Source of the DNA: a virus
IMG/VR virus record: IMGVR_UViG_3300008050_008966
Coordinates: 6,721 to 70,720 of that record
Direction: 5' to 3' (one strand)
DNA: 64,000 nucleotides
Shown here: positions 27,895 through 38,540 of the stretch, in pieces
Layout: the number at the start of each line of letters is the position of its first letter
Numbering within the stretch: position 1 is the first letter of the stretch
The notes under the pieces: model-generated
What the model was told of the DNA's origin: nothing
Database searches by the model: none
The model's input: the letters and a program-made list of their open reading frames with translations, nothing else
Made by a program: the position numbers and the translations under genes

Positions 27895-30800
27895 ATGGCG
27901 AAGCTAACATTACAAGACTTAATTCTTCACGATTGGAAAAAGGCCGCCGCGATGGACTCCGACCTCAACAACCGGATCATCAACGCCACCGACGACGAGT
28001 TAGCCGACGGCATGCCCTTATCTAATTGGCAAGCCACTGCCGAAACCTACTCTGTCGGTAGCAATCTCGGCAATCGTTGGACAGAATTAAGCCTTTCAGA
28101 ATTAGATCCCAACTATTCCGTTCAGCCTCAGTTCGGGAATAGTTCAATTTATGATACCTACATAACGCCTCCCATGCAATTGCAAATTTCTGATGCGCCC
28201 ATGGCAGTTGATAATCTTGATTATATTTTATGGACCAAGCTTGAGTCACTAACATGGAATTTAATTCCTGAATGGGTTACTGATTTGGGAATGTTTGCGA
28301 TTTTTTATAATGTTGCAAAAGCAGTCAAAAATGGTACTACTACAGATAATATTTTGAAAGAAGTATTAAGTTCTGTTTATGATGCTTGGAACAATGTTGG
28401 TTTTCTTCAATATATTGCGGATCCGAATGGTTTGGGGGTACCAACTGTCACAACTTTGAAAATCGAAGAAACTGATGTCAATGTTTCATATTTAGATTTC
28501 GCGCTTTTTATAACCAAATATCCCCATGTTTATGCTTTTTCATCAGCCCGTGAGCAAGCCATCGAAGAATTAAAAAATACCGGGACTACCACTGTATTTG
28601 ATGCCGGCTCAAGCGACGCAACTGTTGCAGCTGCGATACAAGAAGTTAATATTACACCAGATCCGATTATCGCTGCGCCTCCCGAAAATCAAGTAGGTAC
28701 TCATTATGTAAGAAGATTTTTGGGTGATGATCCGGAAGATGAAGATGCTCCCAAAACAATGGCACTTCTGCGTACCGATTATGTTAAATCTGGAGATGCA
28801 GCTGCCTCCATTCCAGCTGCTGATACCAAGACTGGCGATGAATATAATGCTGATCAAACTCTTTTTTCAGGAAGTCCAAAGAAAGAATTGCCCTCTCACA
28901 CACAAGTGGTTGTCTTAAAGAAGGGCATAGGAAAGGGCGCGCTTTTTTACAAAGTCGACGTTTTAAAAGAATCAGGAGAGGTAGAGGACAGCGGTTATAT
29001 TGATTCGCGAGTTTTAAACGAATTTCAGGGCTATACTCTTGAAAAATATTGCAGTTTTATCAATGGACCGTTGCCGACAGTTGAAGTTGCGGAACCTGAT
29101 GAATCTTATGTGGTTCCTAGTTGGTGGGAAAAAACAAAATGTGAGCCATTTCTTAATAAAAAAGAAAATGAATATTGGGTAACACTAGAATATGATAAGA
29201 AAGATTTTGAAGAAGGCGGCAAGATCGAACAAAATCCGGATGTAATTGCCCAAGAAGGCCTCGCCGCCTTATTGGATTTTTATGGCTTAAGGAACACTCC
29301 GGATGTAATTGATACTTTTATTCAGGGGGCTGGTGATGAAATAAAAGCAGGCGAAAAATCACAATCAGACGCCGAACGCCCCGATGCTTTTGTACAAGTT
29401 TTGGTACAAGTGCCTCAAACTTATTTTGATGCAGATTGGCCCAAGAGAACTAGGATGCCTACGCATGATGAGTGGGCGAAGATTATCAAAAAATCATATG
29501 GGGAGATTCCCCGAGACCGCGGCCAGATGGTCGACAACCAGATTATAATTATTCGTGTTATCACAAACAAAGTAAGAGAAAGAATAAATAAATTAAAACA
29601 AAATTTACAACAATTTAAACAACGTATTACACAATATGAAGGAAAAGTCATTGGCATCTCAAAAAGTGAGATTGATAAAAAAATCCAAAGATTGGATAAA
29701 TTTGTTGCACAGATAACGGAATTTTTAAAATTAAATGATAAAGAATTTAAAGAAAGCCAAGAAGATATTTTAGAGATTGGGCTCACGCGTGATTTTAAAG
29801 TTGCGGTATATGCGATGTTTTCCGAACAGCCGGCAGCCGGCTCGGTAAGAAAAACAGAGCCTTTGAGAAAAGGAATCAGGTGCTTAAGAGAAACAAATGA
29901 TGTAATTGCTGATCGAAGAACGGCCGTTTATTATTTTCAAGCAGAACAAATCGATAAAACAAGAGAGCCCACCGATGAAAATGATGATTTGGGCGGAATT
30001 CATTGGGTTGTGGGCTTTACTCTTTACGAATCGCTAACGTTGGTACCCGGCGGAAAAGCAGAAGAAGAAGAGGAAGAAGAGGCCATAAACCCAGATCCTT
30101 CAGAAGAAGAAGAGGTGCCGAAAGAGGAGCCAACTTTAAAAACAGCAGAAGATGAATCTGAAGCAAAAGCAAAGCGCGACGAACCAAAAGAAGTAAAGAA
30201 AACAGAAGATAAAGCAAAAAATAAAACAGATTCAGGTGGTGATAGCCTTTTTGAGGGCGATAATTTCGCCAATCTTTTAAAAAACGTTGTGACGTCAGAA
30301 GATATGTATAAAAATATTTTATTTCGTATTAATTTGGGTGAATTTCTCGCCCGCGCTGTCGCCTGTTTGAAAAATCAATTACCGGCCCTCGACGCTGCAG
30401 CTGCAGCTTTAACTGGCTTTCTCAAAATGCTTCCGAAAAAAGAATTAGTAATGATATTGACGAACGCGTATCTTTTACAAAAAATCAAGGACGAGAAAGG
30501 AGAAGATGCGGAGGCAGAAATTAGAAAAGAAATTGCCGCCAGCATACTGGCTGAGCAAGAAAAGAAAGCTGCCGAAGATGCATCAAAACTTAGTGATACT
30601 GCGCCGGCCGCGGACCTATCGGTGCAATCAAATGATTCGGGATATGAAATTGTTAATGGTCAGAATGATGGATCAGATCTAGTTGAAATTAGCGCATGGG
30701 GTACCCCGCCTCCATCAGGATCTGCAGAAGCCGAGAAACTTGAAACCGAAGAAGAGCCATTTGGAGGATATGAAATTATCAATGGCGAAAGCGAAGGTCC

Positions 30801-33800
30801 CGAGACTCCACCAGGATTAGCATCTAAAACTAGTAAATTTGGTGGTAAAAATTGGGCTGCTATTGGCATAGCTGCTCTTTCAATTTTTAAAAAACTTGGC
30901 GCCACAGATATTCTTATGAATGTTTTCCAGAGCATGCTCGATGAAATGAAAGATAATTTAGCAAAAGGACTCGATACTTCTTCTTGGCCGCCCGGGCTAA
31001 AAGAGCTTGGCGATCTCTTGAATCCATACTTGGACAGGTTAAAAATTATTTTGGATGTGGCTGCAGCCAGTGGCCTCCTCACAGCTGAGAATATAGAGCA
31101 GGTAATAAGAACTCAGGATGCTCCTGCGGTTGGCATGCCTGGTGCGGAATATACCGATGATCCCCTAGCCGGCCTAGATGAAGCAATAGAACAAATGTTA
31201 ATCCAAATAATTACAGAAATTTTGGTCACTGCAATTAAGACATTATTAGAAGAAATACTTAAACACTGCGAAGGCCTTGATATAGAAAGAGTTTTGGCAG
31301 ATCAACAACTGCGCGCCGCCGCTGCAGCTGCAGCAGAACGCGAGGCCATGGAAGACGAATGGCAAAATGCTTATACTTCGATGTCCGATATGACGGAAGA
31401 TGATATCACAACAATGACCGACGAGGATCTGTATGGTCGCAGAGGAGCTGTTGGCGATCCAAACGCCAGCAACCTTGCTGGTACCATCGACATGTCTTCT
31501 TTATATGTTGATTCAAGTCGTTTTGATCGAAATTTGGGCAATATAGCGAAAGAATTAAATCCAAATATGCCAATTTCATATGATGTCATAGAAGAATTGA
31601 AACTTTTATTGGATTATTTGTCGCAAGTATTGAAGCCTACTGAGATTTGTTCTCTTTTATCATATGCCGCTAGTGAGTCCACCTTAAAAATAGTTCTTAA
31701 GATAATCAACACTAATAATTCTTTTGAGGTTCTTCGTCTTTTCATAACAACAACCGATGATGTTGCAAAATATTTTGCTCTCCTGGGGCAATATGTTGAT
31801 AATTCTATTTGTGAAAATGCCATCAAAGATTTAAGTTTGATCGCAATGCTTTGTGAAAAAGCGATTTCAGAAGATTTCTACTGCAATGTTTTGAAACAAA
31901 AAGGTTTTTCTGAAGAACAATGTGAACAAATGATGAGCGAAAAAAAGGATGCTCTGAAAGATCAGTTAGAAAAACTAGAACAAATTCTATCTTTTCCGAC
32001 CTTGTCTGATTATTTTCAATCTCAAATACCACAAGATATTTGTGAACCCGGGAGTCCACTAGCTGCTTTAATAAATGATCCACAAATTAATATGATAATG
32101 GATAGTGCTATTAAGACTATTATTAGAGTAATTTCCCAACAATTCGATATGGAAATGATGGGTGTAAAATCTATCTTTATAAAAGAAACAATTGTTCCGT
32201 ACGGCGGCGAATACCCTCGCTATCCTGAATTGGGAAGAGATTTTATGCAAGGCTCCCCCGGCTCCGCGGGCCTCAGAGGAAATAACGGAATTGAAGAAGA
32301 CGCGTTATTTTTTGACGATGCCGGCGCGCCCCTGCCAGATAATTGGCCGAGACAAGATATAATAGAAAAATCAGTTGCCCCAGAATTAAATTTAAATCTT
32401 AAAGAAGATAATACCTCCAATATTCTAACACAAGGCATTGTGAGTATTGACACTCAATCTTCTGATAATTTTGTATATACCCTATATTCAACAACCAACA
32501 AGCCATCAGACTTGATGTATCAGCCCTATGATTACACCGGTGAACTTGAGACTTACGTAGAGCAGTCTCTAGAGCCCACAACTAGCTTAAAAAATCAAAT
32601 TCTTGCCCTTGTCGGCGAAGGTCCGTGGGTTCAATATGGTGGTATGTCGCATGATCCTCCCCCCAATACTGACATTGAGCAGGCGATGGGAGGATCCTGG
32701 TACCCAGGCGGCCAATGGCACTCAAAACACATTATTTGGGAAGATCTTAAAAGGGAGAAAGCCGAGGAACAAGATATACTTGATGAGATGATTATTGACT
32801 GTGAGGCGGTCGGCGATTCCTGTGACGTGGATGCCCTGGGCAAACAGGCAACAAAGGTAACCGGCCTCACCGGCAAGATCGCCGTGGCCAAGGCCGCCCG
32901 TGACCACATCAGGTACGGCGACAACCAGGCCGAGGATCTCTGGTTCATATATATGGAGATTATAGGGGAAAATTATGCAAAAGCCCAGGCCAATGAAGCA
33001 GGCATGCAGGGCATGACCGAATGGAATACTGGATTGGCAGAAACAGCTGCAGCTGCAGCCGAATCTAGTTTTTATTTCATAAATCCAGATAATACAGATA
33101 TAACCAGCAGAATGGTTGAAGTATACTTTCCTAAATATAGCTATATCGTGGCACAACAGGCACAAAATGATAAGAATTCTTTTACACTAGACTATAACCG
33201 ATTCAAAGTTTGGTATCAGGGATCCAAAAATAAAGAAGGGCTAAGGAAGATACATGAATTAAGTTTTGATGTGAATGATACAGTTGGAAATAAAGAAGCT
33301 TATGACCTATTGGCCTCCACAACTGCGGGCGCCCTAGACAATATTAATGGCAATGGTGGAATAACACTGACAGATGAATTAACAATTCCGCAGTATACAT
33401 TTGCAAAATGGTTGTCTTTCTCTTTAAATAAATTTACAGCCGGAAATGGTGTTAGAGCAGAACTAGAGAACAATATTTCCGATATGCATCAATATTTAGT
33501 AGCCAATGAATTGGGGAAAATTTTTAAGAATATCGGTAAATCACGTCTTTTTAATATAAATAATTTTTCTAAATTACTTTTTTCACCAAAATCTCAATGG
33601 GCTATCGATAGATTAGTTTGCAATAATCTAGAAGGAGGAGATCTCGGTGATTTAAGAAAAAGCCTTCTTGATCCAGACGGAATCAAGGACATGGTAGATG
33701 AATATTACAAAAAGATTGCTTGCGAAGCCTACGGGGCCCCCGACAATGGCGCAGATCCAGTCAATGACGCAATAAAATATGCAATGGTTTTGATTTTTGC

Positions 33801-36222
33801 GCGCCTAAATGTAGCTGAATTCATAGTTCGCGCGGCAATTTTCTTTTCTCGCTATTCAGTTGAACAAACAATTTTAGATTCTGATTTATTTCTTACGCTC
33901 GTTGCCAGCAGAATGAAAGAAAGCAGCGACATGTTCAGCACTGATTTTATGACAGATGTTTATGATACTTCTTACAATATTTTGAAAAGGCGCGTCTTTG
34001 AGAAGAAGAAAATCAAATTTTTAAGTAATGAAATTTTTTGGGATATTACAAAAAATGAAGAGGAAAGAAGATTTACAAATATTAAAGAAAATATCTTTAA
34101 TTTAGCAGATATGAAAGTCCTCAGCAACAAGCCGATTAAGCCATCTTTGTTAGTAAAAATTACAGAAGGCCTAGGATTTGATACATCGCAGCCAGTAGCT
34201 CTTTCTCAAGTCTACAGTAGATTAAAAAAGAAGTTACAAGATATTTCACTTAAATATTTAATAAATGAAAATATTAAATCTTTGGCGCCAAAAGTAAACA
34301 AAATGCTTCTCGACAAAGATGTTAAAAACATTTCAGAAAATACCATATTGGCCTCAAGTACAATTTATGATATACCAACTAAATTAATTTCTTTTGAAGA
34401 AATTGAAGATAAATTTCCTGGAACTGCAGTGGGAATTTCCTCAACTCCTCCAGGCTGTCAGCCGGGATCGACTTGTTTTTGGCAACTTTCAGACTCAGGT
34501 GGCTCAAATACCACTTACCTTTTTAAAAGCTTCGAAGAAGAGAGAATTGCTGAAGATGGCTACGATATTAAAAACATTAATGTTGATAATAACTTTTTTA
34601 GAGATGAGGGGTCTGACCTCGCGGATGCTGGAAAGTCTAGTTCTTTTTATAACCACGATGGCTATTTTACAGACTTGGGTGAAAAAACAAAAAATGGAGG
34701 ATTTATTCTTCAAAGATATGTGAAAGTAAAAATAAATAATTCTGACGATGCAATTAATAAACTTGGTGCATTAAACAATAATTTACATTCATCTATGAAA
34801 AGTAATTTTTTAACATCTATTAACGCCGATGATTTATTATCTACCAACAAAGCAGGAAATTTATATATATCCTATAAAGCTTTCGATTATGGATTGAAAA
34901 GTTTGTTAGAAACGCTCATGGGGTACGCGCTGTCGGCCACCTTCGACCTGGAGCAAGTATTATTAAGTGATATGTTTTCTACTATTAGTTATGGTATTAG
35001 AATGGTTTATGTATTACCCCATGGAAATGTTGCAAATTTTGTTACGGATACAGATAATTTTCCGTTAAAATTCTCATCCAAAGTTTTTGATGCAGTTTCA
35101 CAAGATCTATCTATTCCTGGCTCCGTTCATAATTTGATAAAATCTTCAATTGAAGGTGCAACAGCCGCGGCCGGCCCCGAAGAACAAGCCTTAAAAGAAA
35201 ATATTTTTGTTAATCGCGCATATGAAATTAGAGAACTTAGCGCCACAGATCCCGAGACCAAATCAATATTCGCACAAGCAGCCGATGAAGCTTATATAGA
35301 GATGATTACATCCGACTATGATGATTTTTATGAAGAACAAGCGGCGCAAGAAGTGATGTCGGAGCTTCAGACCGCTGAGGCCTCTACGAAACATTTGAAA
35401 TCAATATATGTAATTCCTATTGAAGGCGCCTGGAAAGAAAGAAACTTATCTGGATTGGGCACATATGCTTTCGTTGATTCAAATATTGTGGATCACATAT
35501 TAGGGCCTAGCTTACCTGATATTGATTCTTTGATTCAGCGTAAAGGGATGGCATCGCAAACGCGTTTAGGCAAAGAAGTATTAGATCTCCCTTCCAGCGC
35601 GCTCATGAATAAATTTGCGATGCCCTACAAAGATCTTCTAAACACTGCGTTACTACACACGATATATTTTCCGTATAGATCAAATTATAATTTTGATAAT
35701 TTATTAAAGAAAAGCAAAGAATCTACTGTACAGCAGCACAAAGCAGCTTCAGTACCCAGAGATGAACATCCGGAATTAATAGTCGATCCTGGTGAAGCCG
35801 GCGTCGAAGATTTTAACGATATTTTAGATAAATCAATGTCGATGGGTCTTACTGATTTTGCATTTTATGATTTTATTAAAACTATTATTCCCAAGTGGAT
35901 TCTTCGCTATACGGTAGGACAGGTTGATCCCTGCATGGCCAAGGCTATGGAAATTCAAGAAGAAAGAAAGCTGGATGACTCGAAATTACCAGATATTGTT
36001 GCTGAAATTAGGCCGGTCCCAATATTTCCAACATATTTTCCATGGATGGGGGATCCAAAATATCCAATTACAGTAGCTGGAATAATTTACACTGCTTTGC
36101 AATTTTTAACTGGTGTTGAAGATATGCACCACGTGGCACCGCCAGAAGAATCCACTGTAGATTACGATCCAGAATTAGATATTGATTTGGGTGCTTCTTT
36201 ACCCGAAGATGCGTGTGATTAA
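27895..36222 (+). CDS. giant (2775 aa) putative virion/tail protein with an SH3b-like segment
   Basis: Uninterrupted ORF between spike-like and gp25-like genes; acidic and largely helical; ELPSHTQVVVLKK...FYKVDV...GYIDSRVL. Confidence 0.7.
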   Translation: MAKLTLQDLILHDWKKAAAMDSDLNNRIINATDDELADGMPLSNWQATAETYSVGSNLGNRWTELSLSELDPNYSVQPQFGNSSIYDTYITPPMQLQISDAPMAVDNLDYILWTKLESLTWNLIPEWVTDLGMFAIFYNVAKAVKNGTTTDNILKEVLSSVYDAWNNVGFLQYIADPNGLGVPTVTTLKIEETDVNVSYLDFALFITKYPHVYAFSSAREQAIEELKNTGTTTVFDAGSSDATVAAAIQEVNITPDPIIAAPPENQVGTHYVRRFLGDDPEDEDAPKTMALLRTDYVKSGDAAASIPAADTKTGDEYNADQTLFSGSPKKELPSHTQVVVLKKGIGKGALFYKVDVLKESGEVEDSGYIDSRVLNEFQGYTLEKYCSFINGPLPTVEVAEPDESYVVPSWWEKTKCEPFLNKKENEYWVTLEYDKKDFEEGGKIEQNPDVIAQEGLAALLDFYGLRNTPDVIDTFIQGAGDEIKAGEKSQSDAERPDAFVQVLVQVPQTYFDADWPKRTRMPTHDEWAKIIKKSYGEIPRDRGQMVDNQIIIIRVITNKVRERINKLKQNLQQFKQRITQYEGKVIGISKSEIDKKIQRLDKFVAQITEFLKLNDKEFKESQEDILEIGLTRDFKVAVYAMFSEQPAAGSVRKTEPLRKGIRCLRETNDVIADRRTAVYYFQAEQIDKTREPTDENDDLGGIHWVVGFTLYESLTLVPGGKAEEEEEEEAINPDPSEEEEVPKEEPTLKTAEDESEAKAKRDEPKEVKKTEDKAKNKTDSGGDSLFEGDNFANLLKNVVTSEDMYKNILFRINLGEFLARAVACLKNQLPALDAAAAALTGFLKMLPKKELVMILTNAYLLQKIKDEKGEDAEAEIRKEIAASILAEQEKKAAEDASKLSDTAPAADLSVQSNDSGYEIVNGQNDGSDLVEISAWGTPPPSGSAEAEKLETEEEPFGGYEIINGESEGPETPPGLASKTSKFGGKNWAAIGIAALSIFKKLGATDILMNVFQSMLDEMKDNLAKGLDTSSWPPGLKELGDLLNPYLDRLKIILDVAAASGLLTAENIEQVIRTQDAPAVGMPGAEYTDDPLAGLDEAIEQMLIQIITEILVTAIKTLLEEILKHCEGLDIERVLADQQLRAAAAAAAEREAMEDEWQNAYTSMSDMTEDDITTMTDEDLYGRRGAVGDPNASNLAGTIDMSSLYVDSSRFDRNLGNIAKELNPNMPISYDVIEELKLLLDYLSQVLKPTEICSLLSYAASESTLKIVLKIINTNNSFEVLRLFITTTDDVAKYFALLGQYVDNSICENAIKDLSLIAMLCEKAISEDFYCNVLKQKGFSEEQCEQMMSEKKDALKDQLEKLEQILSFPTLSDYFQSQIPQDICEPGSPLAALINDPQINMIMDSAIKTIIRVISQQFDMEMMGVKSIFIKETIVPYGGEYPRYPELGRDFMQGSPGSAGLRGNNGIEEDALFFDDAGAPLPDNWPRQDIIEKSVAPELNLNLKEDNTSNILTQGIVSIDTQSSDNFVYTLYSTTNKPSDLMYQPYDYTGELETYVEQSLEPTTSLKNQILALVGEGPWVQYGGMSHDPPPNTDIEQAMGGSWYPGGQWHSKHIIWEDLKREKAEEQDILDEMIIDCEAVGDSCDVDALGKQATKVTGLTGKIAVAKAARDHIRYGDNQAEDLWFIYMEIIGENYAKAQANEAGMQGMTEWNTGLAETAAAAAESSFYFINPDNTDITSRMVEVYFPKYSYIVAQQAQNDKNSFTLDYNRFKVWYQGSKNKEGLRKIHELSFDVNDTVGNKEAYDLLASTTAGALDNINGNGGITLTDELTIPQYTFAKWLSFSLNKFTAGNGVRAELENNISDMHQYLVANELGKIFKNIGKSRLFNINNFSKLLFSPKSQWAIDRLVCNNLEGGDLGDLRKSLLDPDGIKDMVDEYYKKIACEAYGAPDNGADPVNDAIKYAMVLIFARLNVAEFIVRAAIFFSRYSVEQTILDSDLFLTLVASRMKESSDMFSTDFMTDVYDTSYNILKRRVFEKKKIKFLSNEIFWDITKNEEERRFTNIKENIFNLADMKVLSNKPIKPSLLVKITEGLGFDTSQPVALSQVYSRLKKKLQDISLKYLINENIKSLAPKVNKMLLDKDVKNISENTILASSTIYDIPTKLISFEEIEDKFPGTAVGISSTPPGCQPGSTCFWQLSDSGGSNTTYLFKSFEEERIAEDGYDIKNINVDNNFFRDEGSDLADAGKSSSFYNHDGYFTDLGEKTKNGGFILQRYVKVKINNSDDAINKLGALNNNLHSSMKSNFLTSINADDLLSTNKAGNLYISYKAFDYGLKSLLETLMGYALSATFDLEQVLLSDMFSTISYGIRMVYVLPHGNVANFVTDTDNFPLKFSSKVFDAVSQDLSIPGSVHNLIKSSIEGATAAAGPEEQALKENIFVNRAYEIRELSATDPETKSIFAQAADEAYIEMITSDYDDFYEEQAAQEVMSELQTAEASTKHLKSIYVIPIEGAWKERNLSGLGTYAFVDSNIVDHILGPSLPDIDSLIQRKGMASQTRLGKEVLDLPSSALMNKFAMPYKDLLNTALLHTIYFPYRSNYNFDNLLKKSKESTVQQHKAASVPRDEHPELIVDPGEAGVEDFNDILDKSMSMGLTDFAFYDFIKTIIPKWILRYTVGQVDPCMAKAMEIQEERKLDDSKLPDIVAEIRPVPIFPTYFPWMGDPKYPITVAGIIYTALQFLTGVEDMHHVAPPEESTVDYDPELDIDLGASLPEDACD

Positions 36223-36316
36223 CGACATTCCGCAATATAAATTTAAAAAAATAAATAAAATAAAATTTTAGTTTAATAAACACAATAATTACTTATAACA
36301 CAGAAGGATTAAAAAT

Positions 36317-36700
36317 ATGTACGGAATTTCTCCCAAGATACCACTATTCGTTGATGACCTAGACGGTCACTATGGTTTGAACAAAACTATGAAAGAAGCT
36401 ATAAAACAAAATTTTAGAAATCTAATGTTTACTATTCCCGGCGAGCGCGTGATGGACGACGATTTTGGAGTTGGGCTAAGAAGATATTTGTTTGAAAATT
36501 TTGATAGTGAGCTGGTATCTAGATTAAAAGGCAGAATTAAAACTCAAGTACAAACATATTTGCCTTTCCTTAATTTGCTGGCGGTAGACATATCACAGGG
36601 TGTTACAAATTCTAATAGAATGAATGTATATGTATCGTATTCTATCGGAAATTTGGGTGATTCCGATAATTTACTTCTTACTATATCAAATACAATTTAA
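36317..36700 (+). CDS. baseplate wedge subunit, GPW/gp25 family
   Basis: AIKQNFRNLMFTIPGERVMDDDFGVGLRRYLFE...YLPFL. Confidence 0.9.
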   Translation: MYGISPKIPLFVDDLDGHYGLNKTMKEAIKQNFRNLMFTIPGERVMDDDFGVGLRRYLFENFDSELVSRLKGRIKTQVQTYLPFLNLLAVDISQGVTNSNRMNVYVSYSIGNLGDSDNLLLTISNTI

Positions 36701-36734
36701 ACATAAAACTAATTAATATTGTTGAGGATATCAT

Positions 36735-38540
36735 ATGGCCGACACAAAAATTAAAGAATTAGCTATAAATTATACTGCTCGTAATTTTTCATCAATCAAA
36801 GATGAACTAGTAAATTACACAAAAAGATATTACCCAAGTACATTCAAAGACTTTAGCGAGGCCTCGTTTGGTGCTTTGATGCTAGATATGGTTTCGTATG
36901 TTGGTGATGTTCTCTCATTTTATTTGGACTATCAAGCAAATGAAAGTTTTTTACATACTGCTATAGAATATAACAATATTATTAAATTAAGTCGTCAGCT
37001 GGGATATAGATTTGACGCGTCCGGCACTTCTTATGGAAAAGTGAGTCTCTTTGTGTTGGTACCGCCTGCCACAATTGGTGGCGGACCGGATCCTGCATAT
37101 ATGCCTGTTTTGCGCCGCGGCGCCACATTCACGTCCGCCGCCGGTAATTCATTTATCTTAACAAGTGATGTGAATTTTGCAGATGCCGGAAATGAAATCG
37201 TAGTCGGGCGCGTAAATAATTCTAATGGCGCACCTCTTGAATATGCTGTGAAAGCCAAAGGAACAGTTATTTCGGGAGAATATAAGACTGTGCAATTCGA
37301 CATTGGCCAATTTAAAAAATTTCGAAAACTAGAGCTACCAGACGGCGCCAGTGTTGCCGAAGTCATTTCTGTTTTTGATTCAAACGGAAATGCTTATATT
37401 AATGTTGATTACTTGACTCAAGATATAGTTTACAGAGAGATTGTTAATCCCTCAAAGGAACAAAGGGCCCTGGCCCCGTCGATAATGAAGCCAATTGTTG
37501 TACCGCGTAGATTTGTAGTAGAAAAGAGCGCAACTCAAACTATACTAGTGTTTGGTCATGGTTCTGAATCTGATATTTCGCTAGATTCTATTGCCGAGCC
37601 AAATAAAACAATTTTAAATTTGCATGGCCGCGACTTTGTTACAGATAGAAGCTTTGATCCAACAAACTTGATTAGTTCTGATAAATTAGGAGTTGGCCCT
37701 TCAGATACAACGTTAACGGTTATTTATAGAACTTCTACCGGCGAATCCGTCAATGCACCAGTTGGAACACTAACCGGTGTCAAGAATAAAAGATTTGTTT
37801 TCGATAACATGTCAAGCTTAAGTACTACCAAAGTATCCACCGTAAGAAGATCCTTGGAAGTACTTAATGAAGATCCGATCATCGGAGATCAAATTAATCT
37901 TACGACAGATGATATAAAACAAAGAGCATACGGAATGTTTTATTCTCAAAATCGTGCCGTGACAAAACAAGATTATAAAACTTTGATATATTCAATGCCT
38001 GTTCGTTTTGGTTCAATAGCCAGGTGCGCTATTGTGAAAGATCAAGATTCATTTAAAAGGAATCTTAATTTGTATGTTTTGTGTTTAAGCACGGGCGGCA
38101 ATTTGATCCGCGCCAACTCTTCTTTAAAATATAATTTAAAAACATGGTTAAATAGGTATAGAATGATCAATGATACGATTGATATTTTAGACGGCCATAT
38201 TGTTAATTTTGGTGTGAATTTTGAAATATTATCGGAGACCGGAACGAATAAAGCAACAATTTTGAATAGATGTCTCGCAACACTAGTCCAGAGGTTTTCC
38301 AATCGGCCAGATCTGGGAGAATTTTTAGATGTTTCACAAATTTATAAATTATTAAATTCGGTTAAAGGAGTTGCAGATACTGTAAATGTTGAAGTTACTC
38401 ATAAAACTGGAGCAATTTATTCAGATACATTATTTAATTTAGAAGATGCATTTTCAGCAGATAGAAGATATATCACGTTACCGTTTAATATGGCTTATGA
38501 ATTTAAGGTTGGAACAGACTTTTCGGGTGTTATAAGATAA
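36735..38540 (+). CDS. baseplate wedge subunit (T4 gp6 / baseplate J-like)
   Basis: YTARNFSSIKDEL, DFSEASFG..LLDMVSYVGD, QANESFL, LGY, QNRAVTKQDY; follows gp25. Confidence 0.88.
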   Translation: MADTKIKELAINYTARNFSSIKDELVNYTKRYYPSTFKDFSEASFGALMLDMVSYVGDVLSFYLDYQANESFLHTAIEYNNIIKLSRQLGYRFDASGTSYGKVSLFVLVPPATIGGGPDPAYMPVLRRGATFTSAAGNSFILTSDVNFADAGNEIVVGRVNNSNGAPLEYAVKAKGTVISGEYKTVQFDIGQFKKFRKLELPDGASVAEVISVFDSNGNAYINVDYLTQDIVYREIVNPSKEQRALAPSIMKPIVVPRRFVVEKSATQTILVFGHGSESDISLDSIAEPNKTILNLHGRDFVTDRSFDPTNLISSDKLGVGPSDTTLTVIYRTSTGESVNAPVGTLTGVKNKRFVFDNMSSLSTTKVSTVRRSLEVLNEDPIIGDQINLTTDDIKQRAYGMFYSQNRAVTKQDYKTLIYSMPVRFGSIARCAIVKDQDSFKRNLNLYVLCLSTGGNLIRANSSLKYNLKTWLNRYRMINDTIDILDGHIVNFGVNFEILSETGTNKATILNRCLATLVQRFSNRPDLGEFLDVSQIYKLLNSVKGVADTVNVEVTHKTGAIYSDTLFNLEDAFSADRRYITLPFNMAYEFKVGTDFSGVIR

